Source of the DNA: an uncultured Candidatus Poseidoniales archaeon
Lineage (GTDB): Archaea; Thermoplasmatota; Poseidoniia; Poseidoniales; Thalassarchaeaceae
Assembly: GCA_964013425.1 (NCBI GenBank)
Contig: CAXGWC010000006.1
Span: 7,083 to 71,082, forward strand
Direction: 5' to 3'
Length of the DNA: 64,000 nt
Shown here: positions 39,849-49,758 of the stretch, piece by piece
How the letters are laid out: each line of letters opens with the position of its first letter
How positions within the stretch are numbered: the first letter of the stretch is position 1
The notes under the pieces: model-generated
Told to the model about the DNA's origin: nothing
The model's input: the letters and a program-made list of their open reading frames with translations, nothing else
Databases searched by the model: none
Made by a program: the position numbers and the translations under genes

Positions 39849-40904
39849 TTGGTAGACTACACGCTAATCATAGCCTATTCGGGACTCGCTCTTGGAGCGT
39901 CATTCTTGTGCAGTATTTTGGAAGCAGTGCTTCTTTCTACAAGCCACGGTCATATTGCCGCCCTCAAGGATACACACCCCAAAGTGAGCGATCTTTGGTC
40001 ACAATGGAAAGATGATCCTGAAAGGCCCCTTACAGCAATATTGACCTTGAATACAATTGCCCATACTGTAGGAGCCTTGGGAGTTGGCGCCGAAGTACAG
40101 ACCCAGTTCGGAGGAGGCATGATTGTGCATGTGGCTGCAGCCGTCTTAACCTTGGCAATTCTATTGCTTAGCGAGATTCTGCCAAAAACCATCGGCGCCC
40201 TTTATTGGAGAAGACTTACAATTCCATCTGCTAGGATAATGAAGGCTATGATGTTCGCTCTCTGGATCATAGTTAAGCCGATAGAAATTACAAGGTCTCT
40301 TTTACCTGCAGTAGAGACTGAGACTGTTACAAGGGACGAGCTTTCTGTATTGGCCGATATAGCTGAGGAGACTGATGTAATTGAAGAAGACGAAGAGGCG
40401 GTAATTCAGAATCTATTGAAACTCAGAGAAATCAAGGTTAGTGATATCATGACACCAAGAGTTGTTGTGACCTCAGTTTCTGTTGATGACACTGTTTCTG
40501 ATGTTTTGGAGAGGATACCGATAATGGTCCACGGAAGAATGCCAGTAACCGGTGGTAATATTGATGATGTAAGAGGAGTTGTACTAAGAAGCGAAATACT
40601 TCGTAGGGCCGCTGTAGATGAGTATAGTAGGAAGATGTCAGAAATATCTAGGCCTGTTGATATCTGTAGCGACAACGATTCTGTGGACAGGGCATTGGAT
40701 ATTCTCCTTGAGACTAAATCTCAGATTCTAATTGTTAAAGACGAGTTTGGAGGCACCGAAGGATTAGTGACAATGGAAGATGTTATCGAAACTCTACTTG
40801 GTGTCGAGATAGTAGACGAGTCAGATCAGGTAGCAATAGACGAGGGCTCACACCATGAGGATATGAGAGAATTAGCAAAACAGAGAGTTGAGGAGAGCGA
40901 GTAG
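39849..40904 (+). CDS. CNNM/CorB-family transporter-associated protein (DUF21 TM domain + CBS pair)
   Basis: N-terminal 4-TM DUF21-like region with LSEILPKTIG, followed by tandem CBS (IMTPR...; VKDEFGGTEGLVTMEDVIE). TTG start. Confidence 0.8.
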   Translation: MVDYTLIIAYSGLALGASFLCSILEAVLLSTSHGHIAALKDTHPKVSDLWSQWKDDPERPLTAILTLNTIAHTVGALGVGAEVQTQFGGGMIVHVAAAVLTLAILLLSEILPKTIGALYWRRLTIPSARIMKAMMFALWIIVKPIEITRSLLPAVETETVTRDELSVLADIAEETDVIEEDEEAVIQNLLKLREIKVSDIMTPRVVVTSVSVDDTVSDVLERIPIMVHGRMPVTGGNIDDVRGVVLRSEILRRAAVDEYSRKMSEISRPVDICSDNDSVDRALDILLETKSQILIVKDEFGGTEGLVTMEDVIETLLGVEIVDESDQVAIDEGSHHEDMRELAKQRVEESE

Positions 40905-40908
40905 TGGG

Positions 40909-41466
40909 CTATCCGGGCCTATCGAAAAATTCCCACTGTACCTCTGCTAATTCATGATTGGTCGATGCTTCCGAATATGCTTCCAGTGGTAATCTATTCA
41001 ATTCGAGAAAAGCATCCCCGTACGGGAGGCAAGATAATACCCTTTTTGCCTGCTCCTTTCTACCAAGAATGTATAATGATGACGCGAATGCCTCAGCTGT
41101 AGAAAGCCTCCCCGGTTTGCCCCAGGATATTGGGTTAGCAGCTAATAGCACTGGAAGAGTCCTACCTTCTAGTCTCGTGTGCTTAGAAATAGAATCCAAA
41201 GACTCTTCCAGTCTCTTCCAAGAACAGTCCAGTGCTACGATGGACCCTCCACGTGACACTGACTTCATATCATCTGGCCCCATAAGGATACCACTAGAAG
41301 GATCTAGAAGAAATCCTCTCTTCGGCGCGCCTCGTGTGGATTTATGCAAAACCGCATGCCCGTGTTTAGAGAGTCTCCTAGCACTACATTTTTTGGGGTC
41401 ATCTTGATCTAGGTGTATGACATGTAGAGGAACGTCCTCAAACTCATTCTTTCGCAAGGAACTCAT
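40909..41466 (-). CDS. tsr3: 16S rRNA aminocarboxypropyltransferase Tsr3
   Basis: HLDQDDPKKCSARRL, ALDCSW and LSTAEAFASSLYILG motifs of DUF367/Tsr3. Confidence 0.8.
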   Translation of the reverse strand: MSSLRKNEFEDVPLHVIHLDQDDPKKCSARRLSKHGHAVLHKSTRGAPKRGFLLDPSSGILMGPDDMKSVSRGGSIVALDCSWKRLEESLDSISKHTRLEGRTLPVLLAANPISWGKPGRLSTAEAFASSLYILGRKEQAKRVLSCLPYGDAFLELNRLPLEAYSEASTNHELAEVQWEFFDRPG

Positions 41467-41929
41467 CTAGGGCATCTCCTATTGTCATACTCCTACTACT
41501 GGGAGTCTTAATGGTCCTCTCAGGTTCTGATACATTTTCCTCAAAGAGTGATATATCCAGTGCTTTAGCTATTTTTTCTAGAATATTATCCGCAGGACGA
41601 ACTCCTGCTTCGGTTTTCTGAATATCGTTGAGTCGTAGATTAAGCCTCTTCCCCATTTCTCGCGCACTCCATCCTTTCCCCTCTCTCGCGTTTTTGATTC
41701 TAATATGAAAATCCCTAGCCACTTCCTTCTCCATCTTACCGATATTTTTGGTGTATGTTTTCGTCTTAGATGAAACAGGCCTTGTCACAGTTTGTGATGG
41801 AACTCTTCTTTCCAAGACCGTAAGGTTATTTGATTCGATACACCTCGAACAACATCTTAACCTAGCTCCTGAAATCTCTGAAAGAAATGTAGTAACTCTA
41901 TCCGTCCCACACATTTCACAGGTTGCCAT
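41444..41929 (-). CDS. mbf1: archaeal multiprotein bridging factor 1 (Zn ribbon + HTH_XRE)
   Basis: N-terminal CEMCG...CCSRC zinc ribbon and a C-terminal cro/C1 HTH (GWSAREMGKRLNLRLNDIQKTEAG). Confidence 0.8.
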   Translation of the reverse strand: MATCEMCGTDRVTTFLSEISGARLRCCSRCIESNNLTVLERRVPSQTVTRPVSSKTKTYTKNIGKMEKEVARDFHIRIKNAREGKGWSAREMGKRLNLRLNDIQKTEAGVRPADNILEKIAKALDISLFEENVSEPERTIKTPSSRSMTIGDALDEFLAKE

Positions 41930-41998
41930 GCACGCTCCAACAAGTCCTCAACCATATGGGTTGGGGTTATTTGAAATCAAATACCCTTTACGATAGTC

Positions 41999-43213
41999 AT
42001 GGCAACTGACTCGGACGCCCATCGTCATGATGACCCATCCAACATTTCCCAAGTTTCTAATCTTCAATCTGAAATAAAGGGACTATCAGAAACCGCACAG
42101 CAACTCCTAACCGATAAATTACTATTGGAAAGTGAAATATCTCAAGTAAAGAAGCGCGCAAGTCGCCTCGAGGAAGAGATCAGAAACCTCAGAACTCCAC
42201 CTATGGTAATAGGGCATATACAGGACATCACCGACGAAGGAGCGATAGTAAGGAGTTCAAATGGTACAGTATTCCTTGTTTCCGTCAACCCTCGTATCAA
42301 TGATTCGCTTTTGATACCCGGAGCTAGAGTTGCATTAAATCAAGATAATCTCTCTGTAATTGAGGTTTTATCTGACTCTTGGGACCCTCTCGTCGTTACC
42401 TCCGAGATAATCGAAAAACCATCTGTTGCCTTTGATGACGTTGGCGGACTCGAAGAACAGATCGTTCAAATTCGAGAAGCAGTAGAGCTATCCTTCACAA
42501 ATCGTGAGGATTTTGAGAGATTCTCCATAGATCCGCCAAAGGGGGTCCTGCTAACCGGACCTCCCGGTACTGGAAAGACTATGTTGGCCAAAGCTGTAGC
42601 AAACTCCACTAACGCTGTCTTCCTAGGTTTAGTAGCCTCTGAACTAGCTCAGAAATACATCGGAGAAGGAGGGAGATTAGTTAGAGAGATATTCGATCTC
42701 GCCAGAAAAAGGGCTCCGGCCATTGTCTTCATTGACGAACTCGACGCCATAGGCTCTAAGAGACTCGACAGTGCAACTTCCGGAGATAGGGAAGTTCAAA
42801 GAACATTGATGCAACTCCTGTCAGAACTGGACGGATTCACCCCACTCGAGGACGTGAAAATTATCGCCGCTACTAATAGGCCAGAGCTTCTCGATAATGC
42901 TTTATTGAGGCCTGGTAGATTTGACAAAATAGTTGAGATACCTCTTCCAGACGAGGATGGTAGACTTTCAATACTAAAAGTACACACCAAGAATACTCCT
43001 ATCTCAAAAAGAATTAAGCTAGAAGAAATCGCATCAAAAACCGATGGTTTCAGCGGTGCTGAGATTAAATCCCTTGTTGTAGAAGCAGGGGTTAGTGCTA
43101 TATCAAAAGGGAATAAAATGATAACAAAAACAGATTTCCTAGATTCACTGGATAAGCTAAAATTAAACAGTGAGAAAGGCAGAACAGACAACTCTTCTGG
43201 ATTATACGACTGA
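41999..43213 (+). CDS. pan: proteasome-activating nucleotidase PAN (AAA+)
   Basis: Coiled coil, OB domain, Walker A GPPGTGKT, Walker B VFIDELD, ATNRPELLDNALLRPGRFD. The C-terminal LYD fits the HbYX motif. Confidence 0.95.
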   Translation: MATDSDAHRHDDPSNISQVSNLQSEIKGLSETAQQLLTDKLLLESEISQVKKRASRLEEEIRNLRTPPMVIGHIQDITDEGAIVRSSNGTVFLVSVNPRINDSLLIPGARVALNQDNLSVIEVLSDSWDPLVVTSEIIEKPSVAFDDVGGLEEQIVQIREAVELSFTNREDFERFSIDPPKGVLLTGPPGTGKTMLAKAVANSTNAVFLGLVASELAQKYIGEGGRLVREIFDLARKRAPAIVFIDELDAIGSKRLDSATSGDREVQRTLMQLLSELDGFTPLEDVKIIAATNRPELLDNALLRPGRFDKIVEIPLPDEDGRLSILKVHTKNTPISKRIKLEEIASKTDGFSGAEIKSLVVEAGVSAISKGNKMITKTDFLDSLDKLKLNSEKGRTDNSSGLYD

Positions 43214-43249
43214 TGAGTAATCCTAATCCCCTAATCTCCATGCGAGGCC

Positions 43250-44284
43250 ATGGGCGAACCGTTGATTGAATGCGTTCCTAACTTTAGTGAGGGCAGAAAT
43301 AAAGATGTTATAGACGCGATCACTGATTCCATTAAAGGCGTAGATGGAGTAAGCGTATTAGATGTAGATATGGGGGCCGATTTTAATCGAACTGTAGTTA
43401 CAATGGTAGGTGGCGCGGAAGCTGTGTTAGAAGCCGCAATAAAATCTACCGGAGTCGCATTAGAATTAATTGACATGTCAAAACATTCCGGTGAACACGC
43501 TAGAATGGGTGCCGTTGATGTAGTTCCCTTCATCCCTCTTAGCAACACATCAATGGATGAATGCATCGATCTTTCAGAGCGCTATGCCAAGGCGGTATCA
43601 GATAATTACGGGATCCCAGTATTCCTCTACGCTGAATCAGCTAAACATGAAAGACGCGTAAAACTACCAGATATCAGGAAAGGTGAGTATGAAGGTCTCA
43701 AACAAAAACTATCTGATCCCGATTGGGAACCCGATTATGGACCTTCAGAGTTCTCGCCACGTTCGGGAGCTACTGCAACCGGAGCTAGACAGATTCTAAT
43801 TGCATACAATGTTAACCTCAGTACAAATGATAAATCACTAGCAAATATCATCGCCGGAAAAATTCGGACAAGCGGGGTGATAAAGAGGGATGATCAAGGG
43901 AATAAACTTGTAGACTCCAGTGGAATTACAATCAGAGAACCTGGTAAATTCAAAGCCTTACAAGCGGCTGGATGGATGTATGACGAAGATACGGCTCAAG
44001 TATCCATGAACTTACTCGATCACACCATTACAGGTCTTCATGATGTTACAGATGCTATAAGATCGGAGGCAACTAAACTAGGACTCACGGTAATTGCAAG
44101 CGAACTTGTTGGATTAGTCCCAATGCAGGCTATGATTCAAGCAGGAATCCATTATTGTCCTGATTCAGAAGAGAGAAATGAAAACAATATTTTACAACAT
44201 GCAGTCGATGGTTTGGGTTTGGAAGGATTGAGTGACTTTGATATTGGGTCCTCTATTATCGAGCTAGCAATAAGAGGTGATTAA
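43250..44284 (+). CDS. glutamate formimidoyltransferase (FtcD transferase domain, stand-alone)
   Basis: IECVPNFSEGRNKDVID start signature. Domain length 344 aa. Confidence 0.85.
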   Translation: MGEPLIECVPNFSEGRNKDVIDAITDSIKGVDGVSVLDVDMGADFNRTVVTMVGGAEAVLEAAIKSTGVALELIDMSKHSGEHARMGAVDVVPFIPLSNTSMDECIDLSERYAKAVSDNYGIPVFLYAESAKHERRVKLPDIRKGEYEGLKQKLSDPDWEPDYGPSEFSPRSGATATGARQILIAYNVNLSTNDKSLANIIAGKIRTSGVIKRDDQGNKLVDSSGITIREPGKFKALQAAGWMYDEDTAQVSMNLLDHTITGLHDVTDAIRSEATKLGLTVIASELVGLVPMQAMIQAGIHYCPDSEERNENNILQHAVDGLGLEGLSDFDIGSSIIELAIRGD

Positions 44285-44912
44285 CTTGAATGACGGATAT
44301 GCCGATGTTTTGTCAAAAATATCATCCTCCAGCGCAACGCCGGGAGGTGGCTCAGTTGCTGCTCTGACTCTTGCGCATGCTCATGCTCTAGGTATGATGG
44401 TATCTAGGCTGACTCTGGGTAAAGAAAAATGGTTAGAAGGTCAAGATTTTGCTAGAAAAGTGATAGAATCATCTACCGAAGGAATCAAACGCGCTTTGTC
44501 ACTTGCTGATGAAGATGCTTCTGCATTTGATGCCGTTATAGATTCTTATAACCTCCCAAGAGATAACGATTCTCAGAAATCAATCAGGGCAGAGGCTATT
44601 GTATCTTCTACCATTAACGCCGCATTGGTGCCTCTAGAAATAATGAGAGCCTCATCTGAATTTCTACAATCGATTATTGGATTGTCAAAAACTGGTAACG
44701 CCTATGCCCTTACAGATCTTCTCGCATCATCTGAATTGGCTCATGCATCCTCCAGAATAGCTTCTTACAATGTCAGAATTAACCTAGATTCCTTGGATGA
44801 CACCGATGAGAAAAAAAACATATCTCAAGAGATGGAAACACTTCAGAATGCATCTGTTACTAGCTATTCTACCATCGAGTCTACTATATTGGAGAGGCTA
44901 AAATGGGATTAA
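44277..44912 (+). CDS. formimidoyltetrahydrofolate cyclodeaminase (FtcD cyclodeaminase domain, stand-alone)
   Basis: SSATPGGGSVAALTLAHA motif. All-helical, 211 aa. Overlaps both neighbouring genes. Confidence 0.8.
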   Translation: MINLNDGYADVLSKISSSSATPGGGSVAALTLAHAHALGMMVSRLTLGKEKWLEGQDFARKVIESSTEGIKRALSLADEDASAFDAVIDSYNLPRDNDSQKSIRAEAIVSSTINAALVPLEIMRASSEFLQSIIGLSKTGNAYALTDLLASSELAHASSRIASYNVRINLDSLDDTDEKKNISQEMETLQNASVTSYSTIESTILERLKWD

Positions 44913-46921
44913 CATTCAAACAACAGATATCGGTTGGAATACCTGATCGTTTGCCGTCTGCTAAATCGTTAGATGACTCAGTCCCACACGCACCTATCAG
45001 GCCACAAGTGCTCAGTGAAAATGAAAAGAAATTAGCAATTAAAAACTCGTTGAGGTATTTTCCGTCGGATTGGCACGGTGAGCTAGCAACCGAATTTTTA
45101 CGTGAACTAGAGGAACTTGGTCACATTTACATGCATAGGTTTAGGCCAGATTACAAAATGTTCTCTCGACCTATTGATGAGTACCCATCTATCTCTCCCT
45201 CTGCAGCCTCGGTAATGTTGATGATTCAGAATAATCTAGATCCTTCGGTAGCTCAGTATCCACACGAGCTGATTACATATGGGGGCAATGGATCAGTTTT
45301 CCAAAATTGGGCCCAATACCTCATCACCATGGAACTTCTGTCAAAGATGAGCGACAATCAGACCCTCGTCATTAACTCGGGCCACCCACTAGGATTGTTT
45401 CCTTCGAGTCCAGACGCCCCCCGGGTAGTTATCTCTAACGGACTAGTAATTCCGAATTACTCCTCCCAGTTAGATTATGAAAAGATGAACGCTCTAGGGG
45501 TTACACAATTCGGCCAGATGACTGCAGGGTCCTACATGTACATAGGCCCACAGGGAATTGTCCATGGAACAACAATAACGCTATTGAATGCAGCCAGAAA
45601 ATATCTGGATATTGATATAGATTCAAACCTATCAGGGATACTATTCATCACATCTGGACTAGGGGGAATGTCTGGCGCTCAAGCGAAAGCTGCTGTCATT
45701 GCTGGAGCTGTCTGCATAATAGCTGAAGTAGACTCTCAGGCTGCCGATAAGAGGCATCAACAAGGATGGCTGTCCGAGTTGCACTACGACTTGAATCAAG
45801 TAATATCACGAGCGCGCCAAGCGATAAATGACGGAGACGCTGTCTCAATAGGCTATGTTGGAAATATAGTAGATTTACTTGAGGCGCTTATCGAAAACAA
45901 CCTCACACCAGATTTAGGCAGCGATCAAACCAGTCTTCACAATCCCTGGCTAGGTGGGTATACTCCCGCTGGATTCACTTTTGAAGAGGCTAAGGAACTC
46001 TTGTCAAGTGATCCTGAAGAATTCAAGATCCATGTCAAGCAGTCACTAAGAAAACATGCAGACATGATTAACACATTATCCTCTAGGGGCATGAAATTCT
46101 GGGACTATGGAAATGCGTTTCTTCTGGAGGCTAGTAGGTCAGGAGCGGATATTTTAAACGGATTTGGTCAATTCAAGTATCCTTCATACGTTGAAGATAT
46201 AATGGGGCCAATGTGTTTCGACTATGGTTTCGGTCCTTTCCGTTGGGTCTGTACTTCTGGCTCAGATAAGGACCTAGAAATTTCCGACTCAATAGCCCAC
46301 ACCATACTTACAAAGCTCCATTCTGAAGCCCCAAAAAGAATCAGACAACAATATTCAGATAATCTCAGATGGATAGAAGAAGCCGGTAAAAATGACATGG
46401 TCGTCGGTAGTAAGGCCAGAATATTGTATGCAGACTCTAAAGGAAGAAAGTCCATCGCTATGGCCTTCAATGATGCCATAAGAAATGGGGATATATCTGG
46501 ACCTATTGTTCTAGGCAGAGACCACCATGATGTCAGTGGTACAGATAGTCCATACAGGGAGACGGCGAATATCAGAGACGGCTCTATGTTTACTGCGGAT
46601 ATGGCTGTTCAGAATTTCGTTGGCGACTCGTTCAGAGGGGCAACTTGGGTTAGTCTTCACAACGGCGGAGGGGTTGGATGGGGAGAGGTGATTAACGGAG
46701 GTTTCGGACTTTACATCGATGGGTCAGAAAAATCCAGTAGGGCGATAGAATCAATGATTCCCTGGGATGTAGAAAACGGTATTGCAAGGAGGTCATGGGC
46801 TAGAAATGATGAGGCCATGTGGACAATAAAAAGAGCCATGGATAATGACCCGGACTTAAGAGTCACAATGCCTAATATCGTAGATGAAAGTATTCTGGAA
46901 AACATTTTCGATTCTCGATGA
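44903..46921 (+). CDS. hutU: urocanate hydratase, long (eukaryote-like) form
   Basis: NNLDPSVAQYPHELITYGGNG, GQMTAGSYMYIGPQGIVHGT, GLGGMSGAQ, GRDHHDVSGTDSPYRET and SLHNGGGVG. 672 aa with an N-terminal extension (PHAPIRP...LRYFP). Confidence 0.93.
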   Translation: MGLTFKQQISVGIPDRLPSAKSLDDSVPHAPIRPQVLSENEKKLAIKNSLRYFPSDWHGELATEFLRELEELGHIYMHRFRPDYKMFSRPIDEYPSISPSAASVMLMIQNNLDPSVAQYPHELITYGGNGSVFQNWAQYLITMELLSKMSDNQTLVINSGHPLGLFPSSPDAPRVVISNGLVIPNYSSQLDYEKMNALGVTQFGQMTAGSYMYIGPQGIVHGTTITLLNAARKYLDIDIDSNLSGILFITSGLGGMSGAQAKAAVIAGAVCIIAEVDSQAADKRHQQGWLSELHYDLNQVISRARQAINDGDAVSIGYVGNIVDLLEALIENNLTPDLGSDQTSLHNPWLGGYTPAGFTFEEAKELLSSDPEEFKIHVKQSLRKHADMINTLSSRGMKFWDYGNAFLLEASRSGADILNGFGQFKYPSYVEDIMGPMCFDYGFGPFRWVCTSGSDKDLEISDSIAHTILTKLHSEAPKRIRQQYSDNLRWIEEAGKNDMVVGSKARILYADSKGRKSIAMAFNDAIRNGDISGPIVLGRDHHDVSGTDSPYRETANIRDGSMFTADMAVQNFVGDSFRGATWVSLHNGGGVGWGEVINGGFGLYIDGSEKSSRAIESMIPWDVENGIARRSWARNDEAMWTIKRAMDNDPDLRVTMPNIVDESILENIFDSR

Positions 46922-46951
46922 GTCTATTTGCTATCGCCCTTACCGGAATCT

Positions 46952-48478
46952 ATGAGAGACCTCGTGATAGATGGATATTCCCTGACTATCCGTGACGTCG
47001 TGGACACTGGCTTGGGACTAACTAAAGTAACTCTTTCACAATCGGCCAGAGAAAAAATGACGTCCTCCAGAGAGGCGGTTACAGAGATTCTGAATGACGG
47101 AACTGTGACTTATGGCATAAATACCGGTTTTGGAGCACTTTCATCTGTTTCCATAGAACCGGACAAATTAGAACATCTCCAAGCTAATCTCATTAGAAGT
47201 CACGCTTGTGGAGTCGGGGAACCAATGGAAGACCGCCACACGTTAATGATGATGCTGATCAGAGCCAATACGCTCTGTAGGGGTGATTCTGGTGCTCGAC
47301 CGGTCATAGTTGATACGCTTATTTCAATGATTAACCATGGCGTATGCCCAGTAATTCCTAGAATAGGCTCACTAGGCGCCTCGGGGGATTTGGCCCCGCT
47401 TTCTCACTTAGCATTAGGTATGATGGGTGAAGGAAAATGTAACATCAGGATTGGAACCAACGAATGGACTCTGATGTCGTCTAAAGAGGCCCTTATGAAA
47501 TCTGGAATTAATCCAATAATTCCTGCCGCCAAGGAAGGACTCTCTCTAATCAACGGGACTAGTCAGATGTGCGCATTTATGTGCGAGGCCTTGGATAATA
47601 TGGATATCCTTTGTTTTGCTTCTGATGCTTCAGTTGCTTGCACTGTCGAGGCTATCAGAGGGTCCCACAAGCCTTTTGATCCGAGAATACACAATTCTAG
47701 ACCACATCCAGGTCAAATTATGTCCGCAGCAAGAATATCGTCGTTACTAGAAGACTCTGAAGTGAAATTTTCTCATGAAAACTGTGACAGAGTCCAGGAT
47801 GCATACTCAATCAGGTGCTCTCCCCAGGTACACGGTCCTGTTATCGATATGCTTCGGGAATCTAGGAGAATTCTGGAAATCGAAATTAACAGCTCAACGG
47901 ACAATCCTCTCGTATTCACCGAGGGAGATAACACAGAAGTGATATCTGGAGGTAATTTTCATGGCCAGTATATCGCATTGAGCAGTGACTCTATTTCTAT
48001 AGCATGTCACGAGCTTGCAAGTATTTCAGAGAGAAGAATAAATCAGATCTTAGATCCGAAATGGAGCGGACATAGCGCATTCCTAGCTAATCATGAAGGT
48101 CTTGAAAGTGGTCTTATGATAATCCAATACTCATCAGCTGCAGTCTTAGCAGAGTTACACCTACTGTCAAACTCCGCAACTACCTCAAATACCCCAGTTA
48201 GCATGGGCAAGGAGGACCATGCATCAATGGGCGCCACCGGAGCTTACAGAACAATGATTTCTACTAGACTGCTAGCCAATGTTATTGCAAATGAGATCAT
48301 TTGTGCTTCAGAAGCTATGTATAGAATCGATGAAAAACCCGGTCATGGAGTTTCTAGGGTTCTAGAATGGTCAAGGGGAATTGTCAAGCCTCTCAATGGC
48401 GATAGGGCATTATCCGAAGATACAAAAAATCTTTCTGAGTCATTATTGAACGGCGATCTTACTAGGATTTTTATGTGA
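46952..48478 (+). CDS. hutH: histidine ammonia-lyase
   Basis: MIO-forming GSLGASGDLAPLSHL, plus NTGFG and SNSATTSNTP-like motifs. ATG 46952 (MRDLVIDGYSLT) preferred over TTG 46928. Confidence 0.93.
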   Translation: MRDLVIDGYSLTIRDVVDTGLGLTKVTLSQSAREKMTSSREAVTEILNDGTVTYGINTGFGALSSVSIEPDKLEHLQANLIRSHACGVGEPMEDRHTLMMMLIRANTLCRGDSGARPVIVDTLISMINHGVCPVIPRIGSLGASGDLAPLSHLALGMMGEGKCNIRIGTNEWTLMSSKEALMKSGINPIIPAAKEGLSLINGTSQMCAFMCEALDNMDILCFASDASVACTVEAIRGSHKPFDPRIHNSRPHPGQIMSAARISSLLEDSEVKFSHENCDRVQDAYSIRCSPQVHGPVIDMLRESRRILEIEINSSTDNPLVFTEGDNTEVISGGNFHGQYIALSSDSISIACHELASISERRINQILDPKWSGHSAFLANHEGLESGLMIIQYSSAAVLAELHLLSNSATTSNTPVSMGKEDHASMGATGAYRTMISTRLLANVIANEIICASEAMYRIDEKPGHGVSRVLEWSRGIVKPLNGDRALSEDTKNLSESLLNGDLTRIFM

Positions 48479-48482
48479 TTTT

Positions 48483-49196
48483 ATGCAGGAAAAAATGCAT
48501 CTTACCCAACATCCAGGTCTAAACCCTCCAGGATTCGAGGCTTCAATTACGGATATCATCGATGATGGTATTTTTCTAGATAGGACTTTTTTCTATCCAA
48601 GAGGTGGCGGACAGCCCGGTGATAAGGGATCGATTTCCTCTGGTGATAAATTTAGTAACATGGGGGAAGTTAAACCAGGGGATAGAATTCTACACCCGTT
48701 AGAAAGCTCTGAGCTATTCAGAGTTGGTGACAGGGTTGAATGTAAGATAGATTCTTCTTGGAGGAATAGGAATACAATGATGCATACAGCCCAGCATGTT
48801 TTCTCAGCAATAGCCAATGACATGTACAATGCCGAAACAGTAGGTAATCAGATTAGTGATCAAACTACAAGAATTGATTTATGGTTCCCAGATAGAGACC
48901 TTTTCAATGCAGAGGATATTTCATTACAAGTTAATGATGTTCTCAACTCGGGCGCGGAGGTCTTAATTCATAATTGGTCGAGGGAAGAAATACTAGGTCA
49001 CGATAAAATGAGGCATACAAATTTCATGGATAGGATACCTTCATCCATAAGTATACTCAGAGTCGTGGAGATAGAGGATATTGATCTGTGCCCGTGTGGA
49101 GGGACACATGTAGGAAATATATCCGAGATACCAAATATTACCATTGAGAATGTAAAATCGAAAGGTGCTGGTAAACTAAGAGTGTCCTATTCTTGA
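48483..49196 (+). CDS. alaX: AlaX-type alanyl-tRNA editing protein
   Basis: HTAQHVFSA and CPCGGTHV zinc/editing motifs. 237 aa (AlaX-M size). Confidence 0.8.
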   Translation: MQEKMHLTQHPGLNPPGFEASITDIIDDGIFLDRTFFYPRGGGQPGDKGSISSGDKFSNMGEVKPGDRILHPLESSELFRVGDRVECKIDSSWRNRNTMMHTAQHVFSAIANDMYNAETVGNQISDQTTRIDLWFPDRDLFNAEDISLQVNDVLNSGAEVLIHNWSREEILGHDKMRHTNFMDRIPSSISILRVVEIEDIDLCPCGGTHVGNISEIPNITIENVKSKGAGKLRVSYS

Positions 49197-49224
49197 TTTA
49201 TTTAATAGATAGTTTCCAAGTTAC

Positions 49225-49300
49225 TGGTGGGCTCGGCAGGAATTGAACCTGCGATCTTCGCCATGTCAAGGCGACGTCATAACCCCTAGACCACGAGCCC
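49225..49300 (-). tRNA. tRNA-Val (anticodon GAC), CCA encoded
   Basis: Folded by hand: acceptor GGGCTCG/CGAGCCC, anticodon stem TCGCC/GGCGA with loop TTGACAT, T arm GCAGG-TTCAATT-CCTGC, discriminator A, then genomic CCA (49225-49227). No intron. Confidence 0.9.
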
Positions 49301-49343
49301 AGTAATAATGGGACCCCGTTCTACTCAATGAATGATTCCATTA

Positions 49344-49499
49344 CTAGGAAACAATTTTTGAAATCTTACCTGCACATCCTTTTTGGCTACAGAATCCATG
49401 GGCACGGGTTCTACCGTTCCTCATCAGATCTAACCTGCAATCTATAATCTCACCATATGTTTTACACTTCAAACAGAAACCATTCACCTTTCTGATCAT
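49344..49499 (-). CDS. 51-aa zinc-ribbon protein (DUF5679-like)
   Basis: Hand translation: MIRKVNGFCLKCKTYGEIIDCRLDLMRNGRTRAHGFCSQKGCAGKISKIVS. CxxC...NGR...GxCxxxxC resembles the small C4 ribbon family in which a central NG(R/K) loop is flanked by two Cys pairs. Below the 60-aa cutoff of the ORF track. Confidence 0.45.
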   Translation of the reverse strand: MIRKVNGFCLKCKTYGEIIDCRLDLMRNGRTRAHGFCSQKGCAGKISKIVS

Positions 49500-49758
49500 G
49501 CTTCCACATGCACAACTAAAGATGACTCAGATAAGGGGGTTTTGGTCTAATTATCGAATTATTTCTAAAAACGTTACACTGAGCTTAAGTAACACCAATA
49601 TTTGAAATTAATTTTGCTGATAACCTGGATTATCAGTTTAACGTGTAGCTTCATTTCGCAGATTTTTTATTGTGATTTAGAAAAAATAAGTTTCTTATAT
49701 TGTAAAATATTAGTAATAGTTTCTATACTATCAATAAATATTAACTAGTTTACAATTA
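49500..49758. other. unusually AT-rich non-coding spacer (about 24% GC)
   Basis: Hand count: 43 G+C in 180 nt (49561-49740). No ORF. Contains a T6 run on the minus strand (plus-strand AAAAAA at 49681-49686) downstream of hutI, and a 7-bp inverted repeat. Confidence 0.6.
49617..49636. repeat. inverted repeat CTGATAA-N6-TTATCAG
   Basis: Perfect 7-bp arms read directly. Lies about 120 nt upstream of the small zinc-ribbon gene. Could be an operator or a hairpin. Confidence 0.3.

Noticed and set aside
49197-49758. Possible integrated mobile element or prophage remnant at tRNA-Val
   Set aside because: No integrase, transposase or direct repeat of the tRNA 3' end is visible within the window. Only the AT-rich spacer and a tiny ORF are present, so I report it as a compositional oddity and not as a mobile element.
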